DNA of 64,000 bases from Dokdonia donghaensis DSW-1 (GTDB lineage Bacteria > Bacteroidota > Bacteroidia > Flavobacteriales > Flavobacteriaceae): contig NZ_CP015125.1 in the NCBI RefSeq assembly GCF_001653755.1, positions 3,092,194-3,156,193 on the forward strand. The letters are read 5' to 3'. The translations under genes were made by a program, and so were the position numbers. Positions 41,610 through 50,769 of this stretch are shown here, one piece after another (position 1 is the first letter of the stretch; each line of letters begins with the position of its first letter). Under the pieces are notes generated by a model. The model did not search any database, was not told the DNA's origin, and saw nothing but the letters and a program-made list of their open reading frames with translations.

Positions 41610-42722
41610 ATGAAAAAAATCATTACATCCCTATTTCTTATGATTGCTTTTTGCTCTGTACTTACAGCTCAAAATTACTCATCGGGAAGCATTACAGTAC
41701 TTAATAATAACCCACTAGAAGGTAGTGTCGCCATAGATTACCTTGCTCAAACAGTACTTTACAAAAAGAATTATAAAACCACCGTTTATACTTTTGACCA
41801 GGTAACTAGTGTCTCTCTCAACAATAGAAACCTTGATAAAATAGAAGTAGATAATATCGTTTATTTTGCCACACCATTGCAAGATGGAAAAGCGTCTTTA
41901 TATCAAATAAGTCCCTCAGAATATCTTATCACAAACGCTACTGGAACCTCTAAGGTTATCAACGTAGATAATGACAGAGCAAATATAGCTGGCACGCTTG
42001 CCGTACTTTTTTCTGATTGTAATTCCATACGAAGACCACTTAATGCTATAGATCAATTTAATGAGTCTGCACTTATACGTAATGTGCAAGCCTATAATGC
42101 TTGTGATTATGAGATTTATGCCCCAACGCCTAATGAGGTAGATGCTGCTGCTTCTTATAATACAGATGCTGCTAGTTTTTATCTGGGTGTAGGTACAAGC
42201 ATTAATAACTTGAAGTTTTTTGATAGTGACGAGTCTGAGTCTATTGTGACAGGGCAGGTACAACTTGGTGTAATAGCTACTCCAGGCTTTTTAGGAGCTT
42301 TACAAGGAAACCTTTACTTCTCTCTTGAAGGAAATGCAGCCTTATCTGGTGATAATAGTTTTGAGAACTTGCCTAATGATCTAAATTTTAAAATGAGGTC
42401 TTTTAGATTGTTGTTTGGTCTAGAGTATCAATTTAATAAAGAAGGAAAATTTAAGCCTTTTGTCGCAGCTGCAGTAGGTCCTACTGGTGATTATTATGAA
42501 GGAACTCTAGATGGTAATGATTTTGATATAAGTGGTGGTAACCCCATTTTTGTACCGCGTGTAGGCGTGAGATATGAGTTAAGCAACGGGCACCATCTAG
42601 GTGCTAGCCTAAGTTATATAACCGGTTATGATAATGACCTTACGTTTCCTACAGAAGAAGAAGTCATTCCACTACAAATAGATGTAACAACGCTCACACT
42701 AGGGGTAAACTACTACTTTTAA
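41610..42722 (+). CDS. Outer-membrane beta-barrel protein, hypothetical
   Basis: Signal peptide MKKIITSLFLMIAFCSVLTAQ. Alternating amphipathic beta-strands. C-terminal aromatic (VNYYF). Confidence 0.5.
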   Translation: MKKIITSLFLMIAFCSVLTAQNYSSGSITVLNNNPLEGSVAIDYLAQTVLYKKNYKTTVYTFDQVTSVSLNNRNLDKIEVDNIVYFATPLQDGKASLYQISPSEYLITNATGTSKVINVDNDRANIAGTLAVLFSDCNSIRRPLNAIDQFNESALIRNVQAYNACDYEIYAPTPNEVDAAASYNTDAASFYLGVGTSINNLKFFDSDESESIVTGQVQLGVIATPGFLGALQGNLYFSLEGNAALSGDNSFENLPNDLNFKMRSFRLLFGLEYQFNKEGKFKPFVAAAVGPTGDYYEGTLDGNDFDISGGNPIFVPRVGVRYELSNGHHLGASLSYITGYDNDLTFPTEEEVIPLQIDVTTLTLGVNYYF

Positions 42723-42840
42723 GACCACTATCAATCACAATATTAAAACCGAGATGCATAATCTCGGTTTTTTCATTTCTAATCCATTTTAATAACCCAT
42801 TTTAAATTGTATTTTTACCTCCTAATCGTCCTCAAATTTT

Positions 42841-43608
42841 ATGGGTAAAATAATTGCTATTGCAAACCAAAAAGGTGGTGTAGGCAAGACCACAACTTCT
42901 GTAAATCTCGCAGCCTCTCTAGGCGTGCTCGAGAAGAAAGTACTTCTCATAGATGCAGACCCACAGGCTAACGCAACCTCTGGCTTAGGTATAGATGTAG
43001 AGAGTGTAGAAGTAGGAACATACCAGCTACTAGAACATACTAATAAGGCAGAAGATGCTATTGTAAAAACCTCTTCTCCTAATCTAGATCTTATACCTGC
43101 ACACATAGACCTTGTAGCTATAGAAATAGAGCTTGTAGATAAAGAGGCACGTGAGTATATGTTAAAGAAAGCAATTTCTCACCTAAAGGATGTATATGAT
43201 TACATCTTGATAGACTGTGCACCATCACTAGGATTACTTACACTTAATGCACTTACCTCTGCAGACTCTGTAATTATCCCTATACAGTGTGAGTACTTTG
43301 CACTAGAAGGGTTAGGTAAGTTGCTTAACACGATAAAAAGCGTTCAGAAAATACACAATAAGGATCTTGACATAGAAGGATTACTTCTTACAATGTTTGA
43401 CTCACGACTACGATTATCTAATCAGGTAGTAGAAGAAGTTCAGAAACATTTTAGCGAGATGGTCTTTGAGACAATCATACAGCGTAATGTACGTTTAAGT
43501 GAAGCACCTAGTTATGGAGAGAGCATTATAAATTATGATGCTGCAAGTAAAGGCGCTACTAACTACTTGAGTCTTGCTCAAGAACTTATTACAAAAAACA
43601 ATAGCTAA
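42841..43608 (+). CDS. parA: Chromosome partitioning ATPase ParA/Soj
   Basis: Deviant Walker A KGGVGKTT and the DADPQANAT motif. Confidence 0.9.
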   Translation: MGKIIAIANQKGGVGKTTTSVNLAASLGVLEKKVLLIDADPQANATSGLGIDVESVEVGTYQLLEHTNKAEDAIVKTSSPNLDLIPAHIDLVAIEIELVDKEAREYMLKKAISHLKDVYDYILIDCAPSLGLLTLNALTSADSVIIPIQCEYFALEGLGKLLNTIKSVQKIHNKDLDIEGLLLTMFDSRLRLSNQVVEEVQKHFSEMVFETIIQRNVRLSEAPSYGESIINYDAASKGATNYLSLAQELITKNNS

Positions 43609-43611
43609 CAA

Positions 43612-44511
43612 ATGGCTAAAGCAACAAAAAAACAAGCACTAGGACGTGGTCTCTCGGCTCTGCTCAAAGACCCTGCAAATGATATAAACAGTGCAGAAGA
43701 TAAAAATGCAGACAAGGTTGTAGGTAACATCGTAGAGTTAGATCTAGAAGATATAGATGTAAACCCGTTCCAACCGCGTACTAGCTTTAATGAGGAAACG
43801 CTGAGAGAGCTTGCCTCATCTATAAAAGAGCTAGGGGTAATACAACCTATCACGGTACGTAAGATAAGCTTTGGTAAATATCAACTTGTATCTGGAGAGC
43901 GTCGTTATAGAGCGTCTAAGCTTATAGGTAACAAAACAGTACCTGCATATATACGTATTGCAAATGATAACGAGAGCCTCACGATGGCCCTTGTTGAAAA
44001 TATACAGCGTCAAGATCTTGACCCTATAGAGATTGCCCTTTCATACCAGCGCTTAATAGACGAGATAAACCTCACGCAAGAGCAAATGAGTGATCGCGTG
44101 GGTAAAAATCGCTCTACCATCACAAACTATTTGAGACTACTTAAACTAGACCCAATAGTACAAACAGGTATGCGAGATGGTTTCTTATCTATGGGGCACG
44201 GTCGTGCACTCATAAATATAGAAAACACTGGTGACCAGCTAGATATATACGAGAAGATTTTACAAGAAAAGCTCTCTGTGAGACAAACAGAAGCCCTTGT
44301 AAAAAACTATCACGCTACGGCAAATATTGAGACACCAGCAAAGGAAGAAACACCTAAGTTCATAAAGAAAGGCACAAAAGACTTTGCCGAATATTTTGGT
44401 GCAAAAGTTGACATCAAAGTTTCAAAAAATGGGCGTGGTAAGATTACCATTCCATTTTCTTCAGAAGAAGATTTTAGTCGATTACAGAAACTCATTAAGG
44501 GTGCAAAATAA
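43612..44511 (+). CDS. parB: Chromosome partitioning protein ParB/Spo0J
   Basis: ParB box VSGERRYRAS and an HTH region. Confidence 0.9.
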   Translation: MAKATKKQALGRGLSALLKDPANDINSAEDKNADKVVGNIVELDLEDIDVNPFQPRTSFNEETLRELASSIKELGVIQPITVRKISFGKYQLVSGERRYRASKLIGNKTVPAYIRIANDNESLTMALVENIQRQDLDPIEIALSYQRLIDEINLTQEQMSDRVGKNRSTITNYLRLLKLDPIVQTGMRDGFLSMGHGRALINIENTGDQLDIYEKILQEKLSVRQTEALVKNYHATANIETPAKEETPKFIKKGTKDFAEYFGAKVDIKVSKNGRGKITIPFSSEEDFSRLQKLIKGAK

Positions 44512-45100
44512 TAAACTCCTCTTACTGGTAGTACTCTTGTTTTTTTGCGCTTTCGCGAAAGCGCAAGAAGTCCCAGCATCTACACTTCTAGATACCGAGA
44601 CAGTTACTGCCGTAAGTGATCAGGATCCTTATGAACCGTTACGACCTGCAAAGGCTGCCTTTTATGGTGCCGTGTTACCAGGTCTAGGGCAACTTTACAA
44701 TAAAGATTACTGGAAGTTACCACTTGTATACGGCGCACTGGGATCAAGTATTTATGCGGTATCATTTAACTCTAACCAGTCTGAGCGTTTTAGAACCGCC
44801 TTTAAAGAACGTCTCGCGGGACGCATAGATGAGTTTACCACCGTAAATGAAGATGGCACTACTACCGAAATATTTTCTGATGACGCCTTATTAAACGGGC
44901 AAGAGCAATTTAGAAAACGTCGTGACTTGTTTATTTTGGTGTCGGCGGGAGTGTATATACTTCAGATAGTTGAGGCAAATGTAGACGCGCATCTATCGCA
45001 ATTTGACGTAGATGATGAGCTTACCCTTGGACCAGCAATTTACAATGATGATATGGGCCAAACTATGAACTACGGTCTAACCATAAATTATAAGTTTTAA
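44501..45100 (+). CDS. DUF5683-like secreted protein (conserved downstream of parB in Bacteroidota)
   Basis: With a GTG start at 44501 the product begins with a textbook signal peptide (M)QNNKLLLLVVLLFFCAFAKAQ. The ORF-track start at 44384 would overlap parB by 128 nt. The signal peptide is encoded through a 22-bp palindrome copy. Confidence 0.55.
   Translation: MQNNKLLLLVVLLFFCAFAKAQEVPASTLLDTETVTAVSDQDPYEPLRPAKAAFYGAVLPGLGQLYNKDYWKLPLVYGALGSSIYAVSFNSNQSERFRTAFKERLAGRIDEFTTVNEDGTTTEIFSDDALLNGQEQFRKRRDLFILVSAGVYILQIVEANVDAHLSQFDVDDELTLGPAIYNDDMGQTMNYGLTINYKF
44545..44566. repeat. Perfect 22-bp palindrome variant TTGCGCTTTCGCGAAAGCGCAA inside the DUF5683 signal-peptide coding region (AFAKA)
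   Basis: The protein reads FCAFAKAQE. Confidence 0.9.
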
Positions 45101-45101
45101 T

Positions 45102-45806
45102 ATGAAAATAGCACTTCTTGGCTATGGTAAGATGGGGCAAACTATAGAAAAAATTGCCGAATCTAGAGGTCACGAGATTGTAGCTCGCGTGAGCTCACCA
45201 GAAAATTTCACCCTTGAAAATGCAGATATTGCAATAGACTTTAGCATTCCAGATAGCGCGGTAAACCACATCACAAAATGTTTTGAAGCGGGTATTCCTA
45301 TTGTCTCTGGCACCACAGGCTGGCTAGATAGTTATGAAGATATGGTGGCGCTTTGTAAAGAAAAAAATGGTGGTTTTATCTATGCATCAAACTTTAGTGT
45401 AGGTGTGAATCTGTTTTTTGAGTTTAATAAGAAATTAGCTCAAATTATGGCTCCTCATAACGACTATAAAGTAGATATGACCGAGATACACCATACACAA
45501 AAACTAGATGCTCCTAGTGGTACAGCCATCACCCTAGCAGAAGGAATTATAGAGACTACTCCGTATACAGCCTGGTCACTTGCCGAAGGACAATCTATAA
45601 AAGATAACCACATACCCATCACTGCCGAAAGAGAGGGCACTGTACCTGGCACACATATTATAAATTACAAAAGCGACATAGACACCATAATCTTAAGTCA
45701 CGAGGCGCACTCAAGACAAGGCTTTGCGCAAGGTGCCGTAGTTGCAGCCGAGTGGTTACTAGGCAAACAAGGAAATTTCTCAATGCGTGATGTTTTAGGT
45801 CTATAA
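45102..45806 (+). CDS. dapB: 4-hydroxy-tetrahydrodipicolinate reductase
   Basis: MKIALLGYGKMGQ NAD(P)-binding N-terminus and EIHHTQKLDAPSGTA catalytic region. Confidence 0.9.
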   Translation: MKIALLGYGKMGQTIEKIAESRGHEIVARVSSPENFTLENADIAIDFSIPDSAVNHITKCFEAGIPIVSGTTGWLDSYEDMVALCKEKNGGFIYASNFSVGVNLFFEFNKKLAQIMAPHNDYKVDMTEIHHTQKLDAPSGTAITLAEGIIETTPYTAWSLAEGQSIKDNHIPITAEREGTVPGTHIINYKSDIDTIILSHEAHSRQGFAQGAVVAAEWLLGKQGNFSMRDVLGL

Positions 45807-45857
45807 CCGTAACATAATAGACAAACTTAAGACCTATCACAAACTAAAAGAATACAG

Positions 45858-47477
45858 ATGACACTTACACAATGGTTTATATTTTTTCTTATCGTTCAAG
45901 CAGTACACTTTGCCGGAACGTGGAAACTTTACGTACGCGCTGGTAGAAAAGCTTGGGAAGCAGGAGTACCTATTTACAATGCCGTAGTACTTATGGGGAT
46001 CATAAATAGACCTAAGTGGTGGACTATCTTACTCTTTGTACCTATTGTAAATCTTATTATGATACCAGTAGTGTGGGTTGAGACAGCAAGGTCTTTTGGG
46101 TTTAATAGCTTTAAAGATACAGCGCTCACAGTGCTTACAGGAGGACTTTATCTTTACTACATTAATTATGCGACAGATGCACCGCACATAAAAGGGAGAG
46201 ATATTAACCCTAAATCATCTAGCGGTGAGTGGACGAGTTCTTTACTATTTGCCATCGTTGCCGCGACTATTGTGCATACATATTTTATGCAGCCTTTTGT
46301 TATCCCTTCTTCTTCACTAGAAAAGACGCTACTTGTAGGTGACTGGCTGTTTGTAAGTAAGTTTCACTACGGTGCTAGAACACCTATTACGACCGTAGCA
46401 ACACCTATGCTACACGACACTATTTATGGTACAAAAACTAAGAGCTACTTAACAAAACCGCAACTGCCTTACTTTAGATTGCCAGGTTTTCAAGACATAG
46501 AGCGCAATGACATTGTTGTTTTTAGCTGGCCAGTAGACACTCTTGTAGATATTACACCTGGTAATATGCGTGGCAGTGTGAGAAAACCTATAGACAAGAA
46601 GTCTAACTATGTAAAACGTGCTGTAGGGGTACCTGGAGATTCTCTTGAAGTGCGAGATGGTTATGTATATATTAATGGTGAGAAAAATGATTTACCAGAT
46701 CGTGCACGTATACAATTTAGTTACACAATTGTTTCTAAGGAGCTTCTTGTAAAAAGAGCTCAAGATGCAAACGGAAACTATGTATTCCCTTCAGATCTTA
46801 TGAACGGTCGCTATGAGATTTCTGACATCTACCTCTCTGGTGTTCAAGGTGACAATGGACCTTATGTACACACTGCTCAAGCAAGTGAAGCTTCTATAGA
46901 AAAGCTCAAAAACAACTCAAACATCATAAGTATAGAGCGCACACATTATGATGCGATAGAAAATAACAAAGCGATTTTTGGCGCAAAACCAGGACGCGCA
47001 TCTAGTGTAGATAACTTTGGCCCTATATACATTCCTGAAGAAGGGAAGACTGTGGCAATTAACCCAGAAAGCCTTCCATATTACAAACGAATTATAGAAG
47101 TGTACGAAGGCTATGAAATGGGTAGAGAGCGCGACATCACGGTTAATGGCAATGAGATATTAATGAATGGTGAGCCGCTTACAGAGTACACCTTTGAACA
47201 AGATTATTACTGGCTTATGGGTGATAATCGTCATAACTCTCAAGACGCTAGAGCGTGGGGTTACGTGCCTTTTAATCACGTAGTGGGTAAACCAGTTTTT
47301 GTATGGTTTAGTAAAGATGCAAATGTACCTGGTCTTGCCGGCATACGCTGGGATCGTGTATTTACCACAGTAGGTGGTGAAGGACCACTAGTGAGCTATA
47401 GATACTGGTTTTTAGGAGCGTTACTGCTTTATATAGGTTGGTCATTTTTTAGAAAGAAAAAACAACCCAAAGCATAA
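45858..47477 (+). CDS. lepB: Signal peptidase I (long Bacteroidota form)
   Basis: Catalytic Ser box SSSLEKTLLVGD and box E GDNRHNSQDARAWGYVP. Confidence 0.85.
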   Translation: MTLTQWFIFFLIVQAVHFAGTWKLYVRAGRKAWEAGVPIYNAVVLMGIINRPKWWTILLFVPIVNLIMIPVVWVETARSFGFNSFKDTALTVLTGGLYLYYINYATDAPHIKGRDINPKSSSGEWTSSLLFAIVAATIVHTYFMQPFVIPSSSLEKTLLVGDWLFVSKFHYGARTPITTVATPMLHDTIYGTKTKSYLTKPQLPYFRLPGFQDIERNDIVVFSWPVDTLVDITPGNMRGSVRKPIDKKSNYVKRAVGVPGDSLEVRDGYVYINGEKNDLPDRARIQFSYTIVSKELLVKRAQDANGNYVFPSDLMNGRYEISDIYLSGVQGDNGPYVHTAQASEASIEKLKNNSNIISIERTHYDAIENNKAIFGAKPGRASSVDNFGPIYIPEEGKTVAINPESLPYYKRIIEVYEGYEMGRERDITVNGNEILMNGEPLTEYTFEQDYYWLMGDNRHNSQDARAWGYVPFNHVVGKPVFVWFSKDANVPGLAGIRWDRVFTTVGGEGPLVSYRYWFLGALLLYIGWSFFRKKKQPKA

Positions 47478-47486
47478 CCCATTATA

Positions 47487-48122
47487 ATGAAAGCTGCTCT
47501 TATCACACACGGCTACTGCGCCCCTATCATTCAATATGCTGTAATTGCTCAAACCGAGCAGCTACATATAGAGGCAAATGGAAATTTCCAGAAGCAGTCA
47601 TACCGCACCCGTATGAAGATTGCCACATCTACAGGCACGCTCATACTCATTATACCTATACTCCACCGCAAGGATAAAACAGAGAGACAGCGTTATTATG
47701 ATGTAAAGATTGAGAATAAATTTCACTGGCAGCGTGATCACTGGAGGTCTTTAAAAATAGCCTACCAGACCTCTCCATACTTTGAGTATTATGAAGATGA
47801 GTTTGAGCCACTTTATCATACCGAGTATGAGACACTCATAGAATTTAATAAAGCGTGTCACGCGATTATTATGGAGTGTTTACAGCTAGATATAACGCCT
47901 ATACTAACAGAAGAATATTTTAAAAATCCTGAGCAGGTAGATTGCAGACAGCTTGTAAATGCAAAAAAGGAGCCTCAATATCCTCTACCAGAATATCATC
48001 AGCTTTTTAATGAAAATCACGGGTATTTAGAAAACCTCACAGTTTTAGATTTACTTTTTAATCTTGGTCCTAGTGCACAAGATTACCTCGAGAAGATTGA
48101 CCTTACTGGCTTAAGCGCTTAA
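47487..48122 (+). CDS. WbqC-family protein
   Basis: MKAALITHGYCAPIIQYAVI..NGNFQKQSYRTRMKI is characteristic of WbqC-like proteins. Conserved position after lepB. Confidence 0.65.
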   Translation: MKAALITHGYCAPIIQYAVIAQTEQLHIEANGNFQKQSYRTRMKIATSTGTLILIIPILHRKDKTERQRYYDVKIENKFHWQRDHWRSLKIAYQTSPYFEYYEDEFEPLYHTEYETLIEFNKACHAIIMECLQLDITPILTEEYFKNPEQVDCRQLVNAKKEPQYPLPEYHQLFNENHGYLENLTVLDLLFNLGPSAQDYLEKIDLTGLSA

Positions 48123-49134
48123 AGGTTGCCATAGAAGGTTTGTGATCGGAAAGATCTATATCTCCATACGTTTCAAAATCTAAGACTTCTAGTTGCTCAT
48201 CTGCAAGTATAAAGTCTATGCGTAATGGTATGATGTCAAACCAGAAGGTTGCTCCTGTACCTGATCCCGCTTTCGCGAAAGCGTCAACCTTATCACTACG
48301 CACTTTGCGATACATATATGAAGTGGCGCTATTATTAAAATCTCCTGCGACAATAACCTTATATGGAGAGGCTGCCTCACTCTGTAAAAACTTTTCAACC
48401 TGATCTTCTTGTTTTTCGAAAGCAACTCCTAGCCTGCCGAGTAGCTTTTTTGAATTTTCCTTTTGTAGATTATTTAAACTAGGCGACAGTCGGAAAGATT
48501 GAAAGTGCATATTATAAACCCTTAATGTATCAGCTTCAACCTTGATATCTGCATAAATACCGTTGTTTCCTTTTTTTGCAAAATCAAGCGAGCCACTATT
48601 TACAATAGGGAACTTTGAAAAAATCACTTGTCCAAATTTGCTATTTGCAGGACGCATTACTTTATGCTTGAATGGATACTTCTTTGCATCTAGCTCAAAG
48701 TCGGGGTGATACTCTTGCAGGCAAACAATATCTGGATTTTGATCTTCTATAAATGCAATGGCGCGTTTACCAACATTAGCCTCTTCTACCCATCCATAAA
48801 CATTAAATTGGCGTACGTTATAGGTTAAGAGCGTGAGTGTGTCAACTTGTTTTGTATCACTACCACCACCAAAGCGTATGAGCGAGAATATATGTGTGAT
48901 CCCTAGTGCTAAGATTACTGCAGATAATAGTAATTGTCTTTTGGCTTTAAATAACCAAAATAAGAAGAATAAAAAATTAATAATAAGTAGCACCGGAAGC
49001 AATAGGCTCAGCACTGACAATGCCGGGAAAATATGTGGCGGAATGTAGGGTAATAAATAACTAAAAAGTAATAGCACCGCGCAGATACTATTTATGAGAA
49101 AAATAAACTTCTCAAGGAGATTTAGGTTTTTCAT
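48103..49134 (-). CDS. Membrane-anchored endonuclease/exonuclease/phosphatase (EEP) family protein
   Basis: Three N-terminal TM helices. EEP motifs LLTYNV, CLQE and a C-terminal SDHKP. Confidence 0.68.
   Translation of the reverse strand: MKNLNLLEKFIFLINSICAVLLLFSYLLPYIPPHIFPALSVLSLLLPVLLIINFLFFLFWLFKAKRQLLLSAVILALGITHIFSLIRFGGGSDTKQVDTLTLLTYNVRQFNVYGWVEEANVGKRAIAFIEDQNPDIVCLQEYHPDFELDAKKYPFKHKVMRPANSKFGQVIFSKFPIVNSGSLDFAKKGNNGIYADIKVEADTLRVYNMHFQSFRLSPSLNNLQKENSKKLLGRLGVAFEKQEDQVEKFLQSEAASPYKVIVAGDFNNSATSYMYRKVRSDKVDAFAKAGSGTGATFWFDIIPLRIDFILADEQLEVLDFETYGDIDLSDHKPSMATFKRLSQ
48268..48283. repeat. Iterated palindrome copy inside the EEP-family gene (AFAKA)
   Basis: The protein reads DAFAKAGSG. 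Confidence 0.9.
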
Positions 49135-49137
49135 TAG

Positions 49138-50022
49138 TTACTCCTTACCGGCTTTAAAAAGGAAATCTTTTTCGGCTTTTGAGAGGCTGTCATAGCCGCT
49201 CTTACTTATTTTATCAAGTATGGCATCTATGCGCTGTTGTTGCTCCCTCTTAGTAGCTGTATTTGTTTTTTTTACAGAGCGAACACTGCTCTTTTTATTT
49301 TTATGCACGGTGCGTAGTGGGCTTTTCTTTTGTTTTTTTGGCTTTTTAGTAAACCAGCCACTCACATTATCTATAAGTCTCTCAAACCACAGGCCTATAT
49401 CATTACCTGCTAGTAATTGTTTTGCATAATAAAACCCAAAGGCCGCACCACCCAAGTGTGATATAAGCCCTCCTGCGTTACCTGCATCGAGTAATAAAAT
49501 ATCCTTGACTACTATAAATGCAGCAATCCACCATAATTTTACATTAAAGGTAAATATACGCACCTCTGCATCTGGTGTGTATGTACCTATAAAAACCACA
49601 ATAGCATTTACTGCGGCAGATGCTCCCAAAAGTACACCAGTACCTCTAAAGACAGGTAATACATTATATAGTAATGCAAATAACACACCACCTGCAATAG
49701 CACCTAAAAGATATATAGCTAAGAACTTCTTTTCTGAAAACAGATTTAAAACAAATCTCGAAAACACATAAAGAAATACCATATTCCACAGGAGATGGCT
49801 AAAACCAGAGTGTAAAAAAGCATAAGTCACAACACTCCACGGTTGTTGTAAAAAGCGTATCACATCAGACGGTAATACGAAATACTGACTAAACGTTCCA
49901 GAGCCCAATCCTACTAGCCACGGGATGATATTGAACAGTACATAAACAAGCACATTTACAACAATGAGCTTTATGGCAATGTTTGCGGTTTTAAATTTAT
50001 ATGCTAGAGATGTGTTTGCCAT
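49138..50022 (-). CDS. Rhomboid-family intramembrane serine protease
   Basis: HxxxN (HLLWNM), GxSx catalytic Ser (LLGASAAVNA) and a downstream His in a TM helix (HLGGAAFG). Confidence 0.72.
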   Translation of the reverse strand: MANTSLAYKFKTANIAIKLIVVNVLVYVLFNIIPWLVGLGSGTFSQYFVLPSDVIRFLQQPWSVVTYAFLHSGFSHLLWNMVFLYVFSRFVLNLFSEKKFLAIYLLGAIAGGVLFALLYNVLPVFRGTGVLLGASAAVNAIVVFIGTYTPDAEVRIFTFNVKLWWIAAFIVVKDILLLDAGNAGGLISHLGGAAFGFYYAKQLLAGNDIGLWFERLIDNVSGWFTKKPKKQKKSPLRTVHKNKKSSVRSVKKTNTATKREQQQRIDAILDKISKSGYDSLSKAEKDFLFKAGKE

Positions 50023-50031
50023 ATGTGTATA

Positions 50032-50766
50032 TTAATACCTTCCTAATCCTTGTTTTTTCCAGTAGAACATCATTATAAAACCGAATAACGCCCCACCTAA
50101 GTGTGCCCAGTTTGCAATATTTGCTCCAAATATTGAGAAGCCTGTAACACCAGAAAATAAATCTATCCCTACTAAGATAGGTATAAAGTACTTTGCTTTA
50201 ATAGGCACAGGTATAAATAATAGCCCTAGTGACGCGTTAGGAAATAACATTCCAAACGCTACAAGCACACCCATTATTGCTCCAGAAGCTCCTACTGCTG
50301 GAACAGAAAATGACTCATAAAGCGATTGTGCAGTCTCTCTAGGTATCCTCTCGCTAAAAGAGCCAGTAGTAAGAATATCAGTAATATCTTGCGTATTAAA
50401 CCCTAAAGCCATTATAGCCTCACTTGCATTATTAAAGTGGTAATAATTAACTAAGGTATGTATCAAAGCTGCTCCAAGACCTGCTGAGAAGTAAAAAAAT
50501 ATAAAGCGTTTTTGCCCTAGAGCATTCTCTATAGGACTCCCAAACATCCATAAGGCATACATATTAAATGCTATATGCATAGGGCTTGACAAGTCGTGCA
50601 TAAACATATGCGTAAGTGGTTGCCATACCTGCCAGCTAGGATTTTCAATAAACCACAATGCAAATAATTGCATTGCTGGGTCCGGTTTTATAATAAACAG
50701 CGACCCTAAGTAAAAGATCACATTTACTATTAATAATATCTTAACCGTTTCTGTGATTCTTCCCAT
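50032..50766 (-). CDS. Rhomboid-family intramembrane serine protease (tandem paralog)
   Basis: HIAFNM, GASGAIMGVL and AHLGGALFG motifs. Confidence 0.72.
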   Translation of the reverse strand: MGRITETVKILLIVNVIFYLGSLFIIKPDPAMQLFALWFIENPSWQVWQPLTHMFMHDLSSPMHIAFNMYALWMFGSPIENALGQKRFIFFYFSAGLGAALIHTLVNYYHFNNASEAIMALGFNTQDITDILTTGSFSERIPRETAQSLYESFSVPAVGASGAIMGVLVAFGMLFPNASLGLLFIPVPIKAKYFIPILVGIDLFSGVTGFSIFGANIANWAHLGGALFGFIMMFYWKKQGLGRY

Positions 50767-50769
50767 AGG

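Noticed and set aside
44384-44500. ATG-initiated 5' extension of the DUF5683-like gene overlapping parB by 128 nt
   Set aside because: A GTG at 44501 yields a canonical signal peptide with only an 11-nt overlap. The long overlap is unlikely.
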